In this document: positions 47,583 through 56,957 of the stretch, in pieces
Layout: every line of letters begins with the position of its first letter
Numbering within the stretch: the first letter of the stretch is position 1
Origin: Noviherbaspirillum sp.
GTDB taxonomy: Bacteria; Pseudomonadota; Gammaproteobacteria; Burkholderiales; Burkholderiaceae_D
DNA length: 64,000 nt
NCBI RefSeq assembly: GCF_035944575.1
Contig: NZ_DASZBA010000191.1
Location: 172 to 64,171 of the forward strand
Reading direction: 5' to 3'
Position numbers and translations under genes: made by a program
Notes under the pieces: model-generated
Databases searched by the model: none
What the model was told of the DNA's origin: nothing
The model's input: only the letters and a program-made list of their open reading frames with translations

Positions 47583-48691
47583 GTGCGGTTCTCCTTCAGG
47601 ACCGTTGGACGGGCGGCGACGGATTTCTTCGTGCGCATGCGCGGAATCTCGCCATTCTCGATTTGCTGATACCACAGGTCATGGTGCTCCTTGGCCCACG
47701 TCTCGTCCACATAGCCTGTGCGCATTGCCTGATATGCACCTTCCATGCCAAGCGTGCCGATGTAGATATGGGCAAACGACATCGCGGTGACCAGCGTCGC
47801 CGAGCTCAGGTGGATGATGTTGGCGACCTGCATCATGCTGCGGTCATACTGCAGGCCCGGCACGATCATGTTGAGCACGAAACCCGAAGTGCTGACAACG
47901 AGGCCGAGCAATACCACGCCGAACCAGAACCATAGTTTTTCGCCGGCATTGAAACGGCCGGCGCTGACATGGCCCTTGCCGACCGCGCCGCCGAGACGCT
48001 TGATCCACTCGATATCGGTCGCATGCGGCAGGTTGTCCTTTACATAGATCACGAAGAACACCAGGGTCGATATGGTGAACAGCGGGCCGACGAAGTTGTG
48101 GATGTTCTTGCACGCATAGGCCAGCCAGCCGAACAGCGTGTGGCCGAACACCGGCAGCAGCACGTACTTGCCGAACAGCATCGCGATGCCGGTGATCGCC
48201 AGCACCACGAAGCTGATCGCCATCGTCCAGTGGGCGATGCGCTCCACGGAGGTGAAGCGTTCGATCAGGCGGCCGGTTCGGGGATGCTGCAGCTTGATCG
48301 GGCCTTTCAGCAGGAACATGCCGGCAATACCCAGGATCGCCACGATCAGCAGCCAGCCGCCGATCTGCGTCAGCGGACCGTTACGGTACTGCCGCCATGC
48401 CTCGCCGGCGGTCACGGCCTGCGCCTGTCCGGGGAACTGTGCCTTCGGCTGGATCAGGACGCCGGCTTCCGGGTACGGCAGGCTGGAATAGTTCTCCGTG
48501 CCTTCCTTGATGGTGCGCCACACCGGCGCGTTGTTGCCGGGCTGAACGACGGCGCGCTCGGCCTGATTCTGCTTGAGGATGTCGACCGATTCGACATTCG
48601 GCGCCGCCGACGCCTGCTGTGCGATGGCCGGTGTCGCCGACATCGTCAGGACCGACAGCCCGATGGCAAGACTGGCAAACCATGTTTTCAT
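47579..48691 (-). CDS. Formate dehydrogenase gamma subunit (cytochrome b) with long N-terminal periplasmic extension
   Basis: 370-aa ORF with a signal peptide, about 130 extra residues, then a 4-TM cytochrome-b-like core (ERIAHWTMAISF..., HNFVGP...). Confidence 0.75.
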   Translation of the reverse strand: MKTWFASLAIGLSVLTMSATPAIAQQASAAPNVESVDILKQNQAERAVVQPGNNAPVWRTIKEGTENYSSLPYPEAGVLIQPKAQFPGQAQAVTAGEAWRQYRNGPLTQIGGWLLIVAILGIAGMFLLKGPIKLQHPRTGRLIERFTSVERIAHWTMAISFVVLAITGIAMLFGKYVLLPVFGHTLFGWLAYACKNIHNFVGPLFTISTLVFFVIYVKDNLPHATDIEWIKRLGGAVGKGHVSAGRFNAGEKLWFWFGVVLLGLVVSTSGFVLNMIVPGLQYDRSMMQVANIIHLSSATLVTAMSFAHIYIGTLGMEGAYQAMRTGYVDETWAKEHHDLWYQQIENGEIPRMRTKKSVAARPTVLKENRT

Positions 48692-48747
48692 GATGTTTCC
48701 CTCTGCTCATGCGGCGCAGTCACCTGCCCGTGCGCCGCACGACGCGT

Positions 48748-48963
48748 TCAGTTGCTTTTGACGTACTCGTTCTGCTGCTGCGAACGGGTGCGAAGCTGGG
48801 TTTCCCATGCCGTCTTGTCGCCGGCGGTCCAGCCTTTTTCCATGTAGGCGTTTTTCGTGCCCTGCCATGGCGGGCTGTCGCCCCTGCTGCCCGTCGTTTG
48901 CTCTTTCTCGCCGCAGGCGGCCAGGACAATCAGGGATGCGGATGCCAGTAACAGTTTCATCAT
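48748..48963 (-). CDS. 71-aa lipoprotein, unknown function
   Basis: MMKLLLASASLIVLAACGE carries a lipobox. Its start overlaps the beta subunit stop (ATGATGA). It is buried in a longer spurious ORF. Confidence 0.5.
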   Translation of the reverse strand: MMKLLLASASLIVLAACGEKEQTTGSRGDSPPWQGTKNAYMEKGWTAGDKTAWETQLRTRSQQQNEYVKSN

Positions 48964-49613
48964 GATTTTTTCCCTTCCGTACCGTTGGCCGACCCGTTCC
49001 CATTCCCATTCGCCGGCCCGTTCGGGGCCTTGCCGTAGGCGGTGCCCCAGCCCCACACTTCGCTGCCCTTGCCGCGTCGCATGACACGGGTGCGGAAGAT
49101 GTCGGCGATCGCATCGCCGTCGCCGCCCAGGAGCGCCTTGGTCGAGCACATTTCCGCGCAGGCCGGCAGCTTGCCTTCGGCAAGGCGGTTGCGGCCGTAT
49201 TTCTCGAACTCCGCCTTCGAGCCGTTTTCCTCCGGACCGCCGGCGCAGAAGGTGCACTTGTCCATCTTGCCGCGCAGGCCGAAAGCGCCATTGGACGGGA
49301 ACTGCGGCGCGCCGAACGGGCAGGCATACGAGCAGTAACCGCAGCCGATGCAGGTGTCCTTGTTGTGCAGTACCACGCCTTCGTCGGTGCGGTAGAAGCA
49401 GTCGACCGGGCAGACCGCCGCGCAGGGCGCATCCGAGCAGTGCATGCAAGCCACCGAGATCGATTTCTCCTGGCCGATCACGCCGTCGTTGACGGTCACC
49501 ACCCGGCGGCGGTTCACGCCCCAGGGCACCTCGTGCTCGTTCTTGCAGGCGGTGACGCAGCCATTGCATTCGATGCAACGCTCCGAGTCGCAAATGAATT
49601 TCATCCGTGCCAT
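48960..49613 (-). CDS. Formate dehydrogenase beta (iron-sulfur) subunit
   Basis: 217-aa ORF with four Cys clusters (CIECNGCVTAC, CMHCSDAPCAAVCP, CIGCGYCSYACP, CTFC). Confidence 0.9.
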   Translation of the reverse strand: MARMKFICDSERCIECNGCVTACKNEHEVPWGVNRRRVVTVNDGVIGQEKSISVACMHCSDAPCAAVCPVDCFYRTDEGVVLHNKDTCIGCGYCSYACPFGAPQFPSNGAFGLRGKMDKCTFCAGGPEENGSKAEFEKYGRNRLAEGKLPACAEMCSTKALLGGDGDAIADIFRTRVMRRGKGSEVWGWGTAYGKAPNGPANGNGNGSANGTEGKKS

Positions 49614-49638
49614 GTTTGTCTCCTCAGCGTCTTATCGA

Positions 49639-52602
49639 TCAAGCGGTAAAACGCTCGATATTGCAAATCGTGGTCTTGGTTTCCTGCATCATGGTCACCG
49701 AGTCGTAGCCGTAGGTCGTGGCGGTATTGACCGCCTCGCCGCGCACCACCGGCGCCGCGCCTTCCGGATAGGAATCGATCATGTCCTTGCCCTGCCACCA
49801 GCCGGAGAAGTGGAACGGGATGAACGCGGTATCAGGACCGACGCGCGGGGTCACCAGCGCCTTCACCTTCAGCCGGGCGCCGGTCGGCGTCGACACGATC
49901 ACAAACTCGCCGTTGCGGATGCCGCGGTCGGCGGCCGCCTTCGGATTGATCTCGACGAAGTTTTCCTGCTGCAGCTCGGCCAGCCACGGATTGGACCGGG
50001 TTTCCTCGCCGCCGCCCTCGTACTCGACCAGTCGGCCCGAGGTGAGGATGATCGGGAATTTCTCGGCCAGCTTGGCTTCGACGTTCTTGTCCTGCACCGA
50101 CTTGAACAAGGTCGGCAGGCGCCAGAAGGCTTTCTTGTCTTCGTGCGTCGGGTACTTGGCGACGAGGTCCGGGCGGGTGTTGTAGAGCGGTTCGCGGTGC
50201 AAGGGGATCGGGTCGGGGAAGTTCCACACCACCGCGCGGGCTTTCGCATTGCCGAACGGGTGCACGCCATGCACTTTCAGGCAGACGCGCTGGATGCCTC
50301 CGGACAGGTCGGTCTTCCAGTTCTTGCCTTCCGCCGCTTTCTGCTCCGCCTCGGTCAGGTCGCCCCACCAGCCGAGCTTCTTCAGCAACACGTGGTCGAA
50401 CTCCGGATAGCCGGTGGTGATATCGGCGCCGACGGAATGCGAGCCGTCTTCCGCCAGCAGGTTCACGCCCTCGCGCTCGACGCCGAAGTTGGCGCGGAAG
50501 TTGCCGCCGCCGTCCATTACATGCTTGGTGGTGTCGTACAGGTTAGGTGAGCCGGGGTGCTTCAATTCGGCATTGCCGTAGCAGGGCCAGGGCAGGCCGA
50601 AGTAATCGCCGGTCATGTCATAGCCGGTTACCGGATCCTTGCCGCCCTTGCACTTGAGCGTTTTTACATCGAACAGATGCATGTTCCGCATGTGCGCCTT
50701 CAGCCGTTCCGGCGACTGGCCGGTGTAGCCGATGGTCCAGGTGCCGCGATTGATTTCGCGCAGCATGTCTTCCGGCTCCGGCTCCATCATGCCGCCCTTG
50801 CCCGGCACCAGCTTGATCTTCGCGACCAGTTCCTTGCCGAAGCCGAGCTTCTCGGCCAGCTGGTACATGATCATGTGGTCGGTGCGCGACTCGAACAGCG
50901 GCTCGATGACTTTCTCGCGCCACTGGATCGAACGGTTGGATGCAGTCACCGAACCGGAGGTTTCGAATTGGGTCGCCGCCGGCAGCAGGTACACCGCGCG
51001 GTTCGGGTTTAGCTCCTGGCCGTCCACCTTCATCGCCGCCATCGCCGCCGTGGCGGACGGATAGGGGTCGATCACCACCAGCAGGTCGAGCTTGTCGAAG
51101 GCCTTCTTCATGTCGAGGCCGCGCGTCTGCGAGTTCGGCGCATGGCCCCAGAACACCATCGCCTTGACGTTGCTGTCCTGGTCGATCAGTTCATTCTTTT
51201 CCAGCACCGCATCCACCCAGCGCGACACCGTCGTGCCGGATTTTTCCATCATCGCCTGCGAGGCGAACTGCTTCTTGATCCATTCGTAATCGACGCCCCA
51301 CACTGTTGCCCAATGCTTCCAGGAACCGGTCGCCAGGCCGTAGTAGCCGGGCAGGGAGTCCGGGTTCGGGCCGACGTCGGTCGCGCCCTGCACGTTGTCG
51401 TGGCCGCGGAAGATGTTGGCGCCGCCGCCGGAGACGCCGATGTTGCCGAGCGCCAGCTGCAGGATGCAGGATGCGCGGACCATCGCGTTGCCGATCGTAT
51501 GCTGCGTCTGTCCCATGCACCAGACGATGGTGGATGGACGGTTCTTGGCCATGGTTTCGGCCGCCTTGAAGATCTCGGCCTCCGGCACGCCGGACACGTC
51601 CTCGACCCGGTCCGGCGTCCACTTCATGATTTCTTCCTTGACCTTGTCCATGCCGTAGACGCGGTCATTGATGTACTTCTTGTCTTCCCAGCCGTTCTTG
51701 AACACATGGTAGGCGATACCGAACAGCACGGCGACGTCGCTGCCGGAGCGGAAGCGGATGTACTGGTCCGCCTTGGCCGCGGTGCGGGTGAAGCGCGGAT
51801 CGCAGACGATCATCTTGGTGCCGGTTTCCTTCGCATGCAGCATGTGCAGCATGGACACCGGGTGCGCTTCCGCGGCGTTGGAGCCGATATACAGCGCCGC
51901 TTTCGCGTTCTGCATATCGTTGTAGCTGTTGGTCATCGCCCCATAGCCCCAGGTGTTCGCGACGCCGGCCACCGTGGTGGAGTGGCAAATGCGGGCCTGG
52001 TGGTCGGTGTTGTTGGTGCCGAAGAAGGACACGAACTTGCGCATCAGCGCCGCCTGTTCGTTGTTGTGCTTCGACGAGCCGACCCAGAACACCGAATCCG
52101 GCCCGCTGGTTTTTCGCATGTCGAGCAGCCTGGCGGATATTTCGTTTAGCGCCTGGTCCCAGCTGATGCGCTGGTATTTGCCGTTGACCAGCTTCATCGG
52201 GTACTTCAGCCGGTACTCGCCGTGGCCGTGCTCGCGCAGCGCCGCGCCCTTGGCACAGTGCGCGCCGAGGTTGAGCGGCGAATCGAATACCGGTTCCTGG
52301 CGCACCCAGACGCCGTTCTCGACCACCGCATCCACCGCGCAGCCGACCGAGCAGTGGGTGCACACGGTACGTTTCACCTCGATCTTGCCGCCGCCCGCGC
52401 CTGCGGCGCTGTCCGCCGCCTTCGCCTTCTGGATCAGGTTCAGCTGGGAAGCGGCAATGCCGGCGCCGACGCCGATGCCGGAACGTTTCAGGAACGTTCG
52501 TCGGTCCATGGTCGGCAATGCGCGCGACAGGGTCTGGCTGAGGCTGGATGAAAAACGATTGGGCGAGCGCTGGCCTGACTGGCCCTTGCGAGTCAACAGC
52601 AT
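49639..52602 (-). CDS. Formate dehydrogenase alpha (molybdo/tungstopterin) subunit, Tat-exported, cysteine type
   Basis: 987-aa uninterrupted ORF. The Tat motif is DRRTFLKRSG and the N-terminal Fe-S motif is CTHCSVGCAV. The active-site stretch QARICHSTTVAG has TGC at 51985-51987 where Sec enzymes have TGA. Confidence 0.9.
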   Translation of the reverse strand: MLLTRKGQSGQRSPNRFSSSLSQTLSRALPTMDRRTFLKRSGIGVGAGIAASQLNLIQKAKAADSAAGAGGGKIEVKRTVCTHCSVGCAVDAVVENGVWVRQEPVFDSPLNLGAHCAKGAALREHGHGEYRLKYPMKLVNGKYQRISWDQALNEISARLLDMRKTSGPDSVFWVGSSKHNNEQAALMRKFVSFFGTNNTDHQARICHSTTVAGVANTWGYGAMTNSYNDMQNAKAALYIGSNAAEAHPVSMLHMLHAKETGTKMIVCDPRFTRTAAKADQYIRFRSGSDVAVLFGIAYHVFKNGWEDKKYINDRVYGMDKVKEEIMKWTPDRVEDVSGVPEAEIFKAAETMAKNRPSTIVWCMGQTQHTIGNAMVRASCILQLALGNIGVSGGGANIFRGHDNVQGATDVGPNPDSLPGYYGLATGSWKHWATVWGVDYEWIKKQFASQAMMEKSGTTVSRWVDAVLEKNELIDQDSNVKAMVFWGHAPNSQTRGLDMKKAFDKLDLLVVIDPYPSATAAMAAMKVDGQELNPNRAVYLLPAATQFETSGSVTASNRSIQWREKVIEPLFESRTDHMIMYQLAEKLGFGKELVAKIKLVPGKGGMMEPEPEDMLREINRGTWTIGYTGQSPERLKAHMRNMHLFDVKTLKCKGGKDPVTGYDMTGDYFGLPWPCYGNAELKHPGSPNLYDTTKHVMDGGGNFRANFGVEREGVNLLAEDGSHSVGADITTGYPEFDHVLLKKLGWWGDLTEAEQKAAEGKNWKTDLSGGIQRVCLKVHGVHPFGNAKARAVVWNFPDPIPLHREPLYNTRPDLVAKYPTHEDKKAFWRLPTLFKSVQDKNVEAKLAEKFPIILTSGRLVEYEGGGEETRSNPWLAELQQENFVEINPKAAADRGIRNGEFVIVSTPTGARLKVKALVTPRVGPDTAFIPFHFSGWWQGKDMIDSYPEGAAPVVRGEAVNTATTYGYDSVTMMQETKTTICNIERFTA

Positions 52603-52626
52603 GGTTGTCCCCTCGACGGTTGACGG

Positions 52627-52824
52627 TTAGATGGTGGTGGTGCGGTAGTATTTTTTGACGTGTTCCGTCATCCGGTAACCGGTACCCGCCGGTTTTTCCG
52701 GGGCGGGTTCCGCGACGGCGGCGGTGACGGCTTTGGGGGAAAGTTTCGCTGCGATGCCTGCGGCTGCGACTAATCCGAGACCGGCGAAGAAGCTCCTTCT
52801 TGCGATCTTGCTCTGCTCTGCCAT
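52627..52824 (-). CDS. Small twin-arginine signal protein (formate-dehydrogenase-region TAT target type)
   Basis: 65-aa ORF with RRSFFAGLGLVAAAG, 24 nt upstream of the alpha subunit, preceded by AGGAGA. Confidence 0.6.
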   Translation of the reverse strand: MAEQSKIARRSFFAGLGLVAAAGIAAKLSPKAVTAAVAEPAPEKPAGTGYRMTEHVKKYYRTTTI

Positions 52825-53036
52825 GGCTGTCTCCTGTGTGGCATGAGTAATCTGTCGTTACTTTTTTATGTAGTTCAAGTTAGCACAATCTTTCCGGCGC
52901 GTGTATTGCGGTGCAACATGCGGCGGAGTCCTCGTCGTGCATTATATTGGTGCAGAGTAACACTATATTGTTTGGTTTGGTGTGGCTGGCTGTGTGGTTG
53001 AAAAGATTTCATGCGTCGAAAGCGTCGCGTGAGGTT

Positions 53037-53078
53037 CCCTCCTCCCTAAAAAGGGGAAGGAGCTTTTCCGCCTACAAT
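53037..53078. repeat. Degenerate C-type hairpin plus linker-like GCCTACAATC
   Basis: CCCTCCTCCCTAAAAAGGGGAAGGAG...GCCTACAATC. Confidence 0.45.
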
Positions 53079-53101
53079 CTTTGAATACGCGATCACAAGC
53101 A

Positions 53102-53716
53102 TTACGCCATATCAAACGCCTGCATCTCCACCTCAAAAAAACTTTTCGCCAGCCGCGCCACCGGCGCATAAAAGCGCGTCCCCGGATGCGCCGTCACCGC
53201 ATCGCACATCTGCAGCACCCAGGGCTGCATGTGATTCGCGAAGAACTGCTTCTGCGTTGCGACATTGGCATGCAGCGGATCGTCCGACGCGATCAGGTAG
53301 CGCATGACTTCGCACAGCGATGCGACATGATCCTCGCTCTCCGGCACGCGTTCATCCCGTTGCAACCCGAGATTCGCGAGGTCGGTGCGCAGCGCCGCCA
53401 GCGGTTTTTCCATCAGAAAGCCGGACAGGTAGAAGGACCCGTACAACATCACCTCCGGTTTGCCGACGCCGAGGAAAAGCGCCTCATACTCTTCCCTCAC
53501 CAATTCTGCCTGCGCAAGCTTGCATGAAGCTGACAGCTCCGCCCATGCCTGTTCAAGCACGCCCTCGCCCTCGCTGCGCGCTGACGCGATCGTGTCCAGG
53601 AGCTGCTGCGACGGCGGCGCGTAGAAGAGGGTGGCCAGCAAGCCATAGAGGTCGGCGCGGGCGGTTTCCTCGCCCTGGTCGGGCGCTTCGAATTTCAGGG
53701 GCTGGGCACTGGTCAT
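53102..53716 (-). CDS. TorD/DmsD-like redox-enzyme maturation chaperone
   Basis: 204-aa helical ORF. ARADLYGLLATLFYAPP and EDHVASLCEVM are typical of this family. Confidence 0.65.
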   Translation of the reverse strand: MTSAQPLKFEAPDQGEETARADLYGLLATLFYAPPSQQLLDTIASARSEGEGVLEQAWAELSASCKLAQAELVREEYEALFLGVGKPEVMLYGSFYLSGFLMEKPLAALRTDLANLGLQRDERVPESEDHVASLCEVMRYLIASDDPLHANVATQKQFFANHMQPWVLQMCDAVTAHPGTRFYAPVARLAKSFFEVEMQAFDMA

Positions 53717-53741
53717 GTGTTTGTCGGTCGCCTTATAAGAA

Positions 53742-55841
53742 TTAGCGCTTCAGGTCCACGATCGTGGTTTCCCGCTTGTTGTCCATCATGTCGATCACCC
53801 GGCAGTCGGAACACATCTTGATGCGGTCGATATTCCCGGCGAAAGCGCCGTGCATGGACAGCTTCGAGACCATGTTCTCGATCATCTGCAGCGTGCCGAA
53901 CGGCTTCTGGCAACGGATGCAGTGATACGGCTGCGCTTCGTTCAGCACCACTGCCTGCTTCGCCGTGTCGGCCAGCAGCAGGCGCGGCGTCAGCGTGATC
54001 GCGTTTTCCGGGCAGGTTTTCTCGCAGAGTCCGCATTGCACGCAGTTGCGTTCGGTCAGCCGCAGCTGCGGCATGTTGGCGTTGTCGGTCAGCGCCGACT
54101 CGGGGCAGGCGCCGACGCAGGACATGCACAGCGTGCAGGCGCTCTTGTTGACGTTGATTGTGCCGTAGGGAGACGCTGCCGGCAGGGCGATTTCCACCGG
54201 TTTCTGCGGCGCGGATTTCAGCAGATGGTCGAGCGCGAAATCGAGGGTGCTGCGCTTGTCCGGCGCAAGGTTGAAGGTAGCGCGTTGCGCCGGGACCTGC
54301 GCCGGCTGCATGGCGTGCAGCGCGGCATCGAGCGCCTCCGGCGTCGCCGCCCGGACCAATTGCACATGGGTGCCGACATACCCCATTCCGGACAGGATGG
54401 CTTGCGCCACCCCGATCTGTGCCGCGATGGCGTCCAGGTACTGCGGCGCTTCCTCGCCGGTGGCGAGGATGGCGATGTTCGTTGCGCCGTAGGCGATCGC
54501 CGCCAGCCAGACATCGATGCCGGTCGAAGCGGTATGGTGCAGATCGACCGGAATCATGCGCGCCGGCAAGCCCTTGATCGTTCCGCCTGCCTTGGCCAGC
54601 CGGCCGGCCTGGCCGATCAGCGCCGTGCCACCGGCCTGGCTGTGCAGCAATAGCGCCGGTTGCGCGCCGCCGGCTTTGGCGTAGGTGGTCAGCAGGGTTT
54701 TCAGGCGCGTGCCGAGATCGGTTGCACGCGGATAGGTGTAGCTCAGCGCGCCCGAGGGACAGACAGTGGTGCAGGCGCCGCATCCAATGCACAGGTTCGG
54801 ATTGACCTTGATATGGTTGCCGTTATGGCTGATGGCGGCGGCGGAGCACACCTCGATACAGGCGTTGCAGCCTATCTGCGTATTGCGGCTGTGCGCGCAC
54901 AGCTTGTCCTTGTAACTGAAGAACTTCGGCTTGCTGAACTGGCCGACCATCTGTGTCAGTTGCAGTGCCGCTTCGGCTTGCTTCGTTTCGCTCGCGCCCG
55001 GCGCGAAATAACCCTGCGGCGGCTGGTGCAGGCTGATCAGCGGCCGGTCGGACAAGTCGAAAATCAGGTCGAAGTCGCCGTCGCGCCTGTCCGCCTCGCG
55101 GCCGAAGTCGATCGCCCCGATGGCGCCGCAGGCTTTCACGCAATCGCGGTGCGAGCGGCACTTGTCGAGGTCGATCTGGTAGTTGAAGTCGATTGCGTTT
55201 TCCGGGCAGACATCGATGCAGGCGTTGCAGCGGGTGCAGGTTTCCAGGTCGATCGGATTAATCTGTTCCCAACGCACCTTGAATGCGCCCAGCCAGCCGT
55301 CGATCTGGATGCGGTCGCCGGAAAATATCGGGAAAACCCGTTCCTGCCACACTGCATCTCCGGCCTGGCCGGAGGTGAGCAGCACGCTGACATCGAGCTG
55401 GCCATTCAGCCGCCGTGCCCATGGCATCACCCGCGCCGACGGGCCGATCAGCAGCACGCTGCCGGCCGAATCGTATTCCACCGTCGGCACCGGTTCCGGG
55501 TCGGGCAGCGCGCCCGCCGCCAGCAGCGCCGCCATCTTCGGCAGCGACTCCGTTGCCTGGGCACCCCAGCCGCCGGTTTCGCGGATATTGACGAAGCGAA
55601 GCGGCGCCACCGATTGCTTTTGCTGCGCCAGCTCGCCGAACAGCGCCTGCTCCTGGGTGCAGGCCACCACGAGGTCGTCGACGCCGTCGAGTGCCTGCAG
55701 GTAAGCGCCGACTTCGCGCCGGCATAGCTGGCTGGCAACCTCCAGCGTTCCGCTGCCAAGCGCAGCGCCAAGCTTTTCCCCGGCGCCGGCATCGAGCGGC
55801 ATGGTGCGATTGCAATTACATACTTTGAATTGGGTTGTCAT
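53742..55841 (-). CDS. Multi-cluster 4Fe-4S ferredoxin-domain protein
   Basis: About 700 aa with at least six CxxCxxCxxxC(P) motifs, for example CTRCNACIDVCPENA and CVQCGLCEKTCPENA. Start set at MTTQFKVCNC. Confidence 0.75.
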   Translation of the reverse strand: MTTQFKVCNCNRTMPLDAGAGEKLGAALGSGTLEVASQLCRREVGAYLQALDGVDDLVVACTQEQALFGELAQQKQSVAPLRFVNIRETGGWGAQATESLPKMAALLAAGALPDPEPVPTVEYDSAGSVLLIGPSARVMPWARRLNGQLDVSVLLTSGQAGDAVWQERVFPIFSGDRIQIDGWLGAFKVRWEQINPIDLETCTRCNACIDVCPENAIDFNYQIDLDKCRSHRDCVKACGAIGAIDFGREADRRDGDFDLIFDLSDRPLISLHQPPQGYFAPGASETKQAEAALQLTQMVGQFSKPKFFSYKDKLCAHSRNTQIGCNACIEVCSAAAISHNGNHIKVNPNLCIGCGACTTVCPSGALSYTYPRATDLGTRLKTLLTTYAKAGGAQPALLLHSQAGGTALIGQAGRLAKAGGTIKGLPARMIPVDLHHTASTGIDVWLAAIAYGATNIAILATGEEAPQYLDAIAAQIGVAQAILSGMGYVGTHVQLVRAATPEALDAALHAMQPAQVPAQRATFNLAPDKRSTLDFALDHLLKSAPQKPVEIALPAASPYGTINVNKSACTLCMSCVGACPESALTDNANMPQLRLTERNCVQCGLCEKTCPENAITLTPRLLLADTAKQAVVLNEAQPYHCIRCQKPFGTLQMIENMVSKLSMHGAFAGNIDRIKMCSDCRVIDMMDNKRETTIVDLKR

Positions 55842-56358
55842 CGTCGGGCTTCGTAGGTGGTTCGGGCGGCGCATCTTCCGCCGGTTGAGCGGCGGTGTGT
55901 TCGGCAGAAGCCGCCGATATATCGGGCTCCGTCTGCGCGGGTTCGTCGACCGGCGCTTCCGGCGGCGCGACGTCTTCCAGCAGGCGCATCAGCGGCTGCT
56001 CGAACTGCGACAGCGGATCGAGCAGGCCCTTGGCATGGTTGAGCATTGCCAGCATTTCCGGCGGAATCGGTTCGAACTTGCTGTAATCGTCGATATAGAT
56101 GTCGAGGCCATCCATGACATTGAAATGCGGGTCGGCAAACAATTTCTTCATCGCCGAACGCCGGATGTCTTCATCGACGCCCCTGGCGACGAAACGGGTG
56201 AAATCGGATTCCGGCGTCAGCGCGGCCACGTCTTCTATCGTCGGCGGCGGCAGGACTTCCTCGGGCTGCGCCGGTTCAGCCGGTACGGCTTGCTCCGTGT
56301 CCGATGCCGTGTCCGCCTTCCGCTTCGACCAGCGGGCAAAAAAGCTCTCAGCTTCCAC
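55816..56358 (-). CDS. DUF3306-like protein
   Basis: GTG start after GGAAGGAG gives VEAESFFARWSKRKAD. The middle is acidic and Pro-rich. It overlaps both neighbours. Confidence 0.55.
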   Translation of the reverse strand: MEAESFFARWSKRKADTASDTEQAVPAEPAQPEEVLPPPTIEDVAALTPESDFTRFVARGVDEDIRRSAMKKLFADPHFNVMDGLDIYIDDYSKFEPIPPEMLAMLNHAKGLLDPLSQFEQPLMRLLEDVAPPEAPVDEPAQTEPDISAASAEHTAAQPAEDAPPEPPTKPDDDNPIQSM

Positions 56359-56869
56359 CGCCGTCTCCTTCCGCCCGTGCCATCTGCTCAACCGCGGCAC
56401 CGCCTTCAAACGACGGCTTCCGGCGCTTCTTCTTCGGCTCGGGTCGATAGTGGTCCTCCACGAAGGCATTCAATCGCTCCAGCACCCCGGCGGGCAACGG
56501 CAACGTATCGACCCGCTGCTCGCCGCCGTCCATCAGGCGTGCAGCCTCGTTGTACGACAACGTGACCTGCTTGGGTACAGCCACTTCGCCGCCGTCGATG
56601 TCCTCGAAACGCCACATGACGAACCAGCAGGGGGTGGGGGAGCTGGTATTCAGGAAATAGCCTTCCGCTTCGTCGCTGAACAGCTTGACATCGAATCCGG
56701 TAAACAGCCAACGGGTTTCGGCGGGATCGTCGCGAAGGCAGCGCGGCGGGCCTTCGGTAATGAGTTCGCCGCCCGTGACCTCGAGCGGCTTCCATTGGTG
56801 CGGCTGCCAACGGTTGTCGAGCGGCGTGCGCTGCATGACAACGGCAACCTTGAGTGCTTCTGTCTCCAT
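56348..56869 (-). CDS. DUF3305-like protein
   Basis: 173-aa ORF (METEALKVAVVMQRTPLDNRWQPHQW). It is the first gene of the four-gene accessory cluster. Confidence 0.55.
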   Translation of the reverse strand: METEALKVAVVMQRTPLDNRWQPHQWKPLEVTGGELITEGPPRCLRDDPAETRWLFTGFDVKLFSDEAEGYFLNTSSPTPCWFVMWRFEDIDGGEVAVPKQVTLSYNEAARLMDGGEQRVDTLPLPAGVLERLNAFVEDHYRPEPKKKRRKPSFEGGAAVEQMARAEGDGGGS

Positions 56870-56957
56870 GTTCTCGCTGGCGCTTTAGTGCGCTTTTTGT
56901 ACTGCATGTGCGAGTGCGAAAAGCACCTGCTACATCAAAACCTGTCGCGGTAGAGTC

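Noticed and set aside
51985-51987. Selenocysteine recoding in the FDH alpha subunit
   Set aside because: The codon aligned with the Sec position (QARI-C-HSTT) is TGC. The 987-codon frame has no internal TGA, and I saw no selA/selB or SECIS context in the window.
53713-55727. Several 260-360-aa ORFs on both strands (53713-54792 minus, 53850-54653 plus, 54660-55727 plus)
   Set aside because: They are off-frame or antisense to the polyferredoxin gene, whose repeated CxxCxxCxxxCP motifs fix the true frame.
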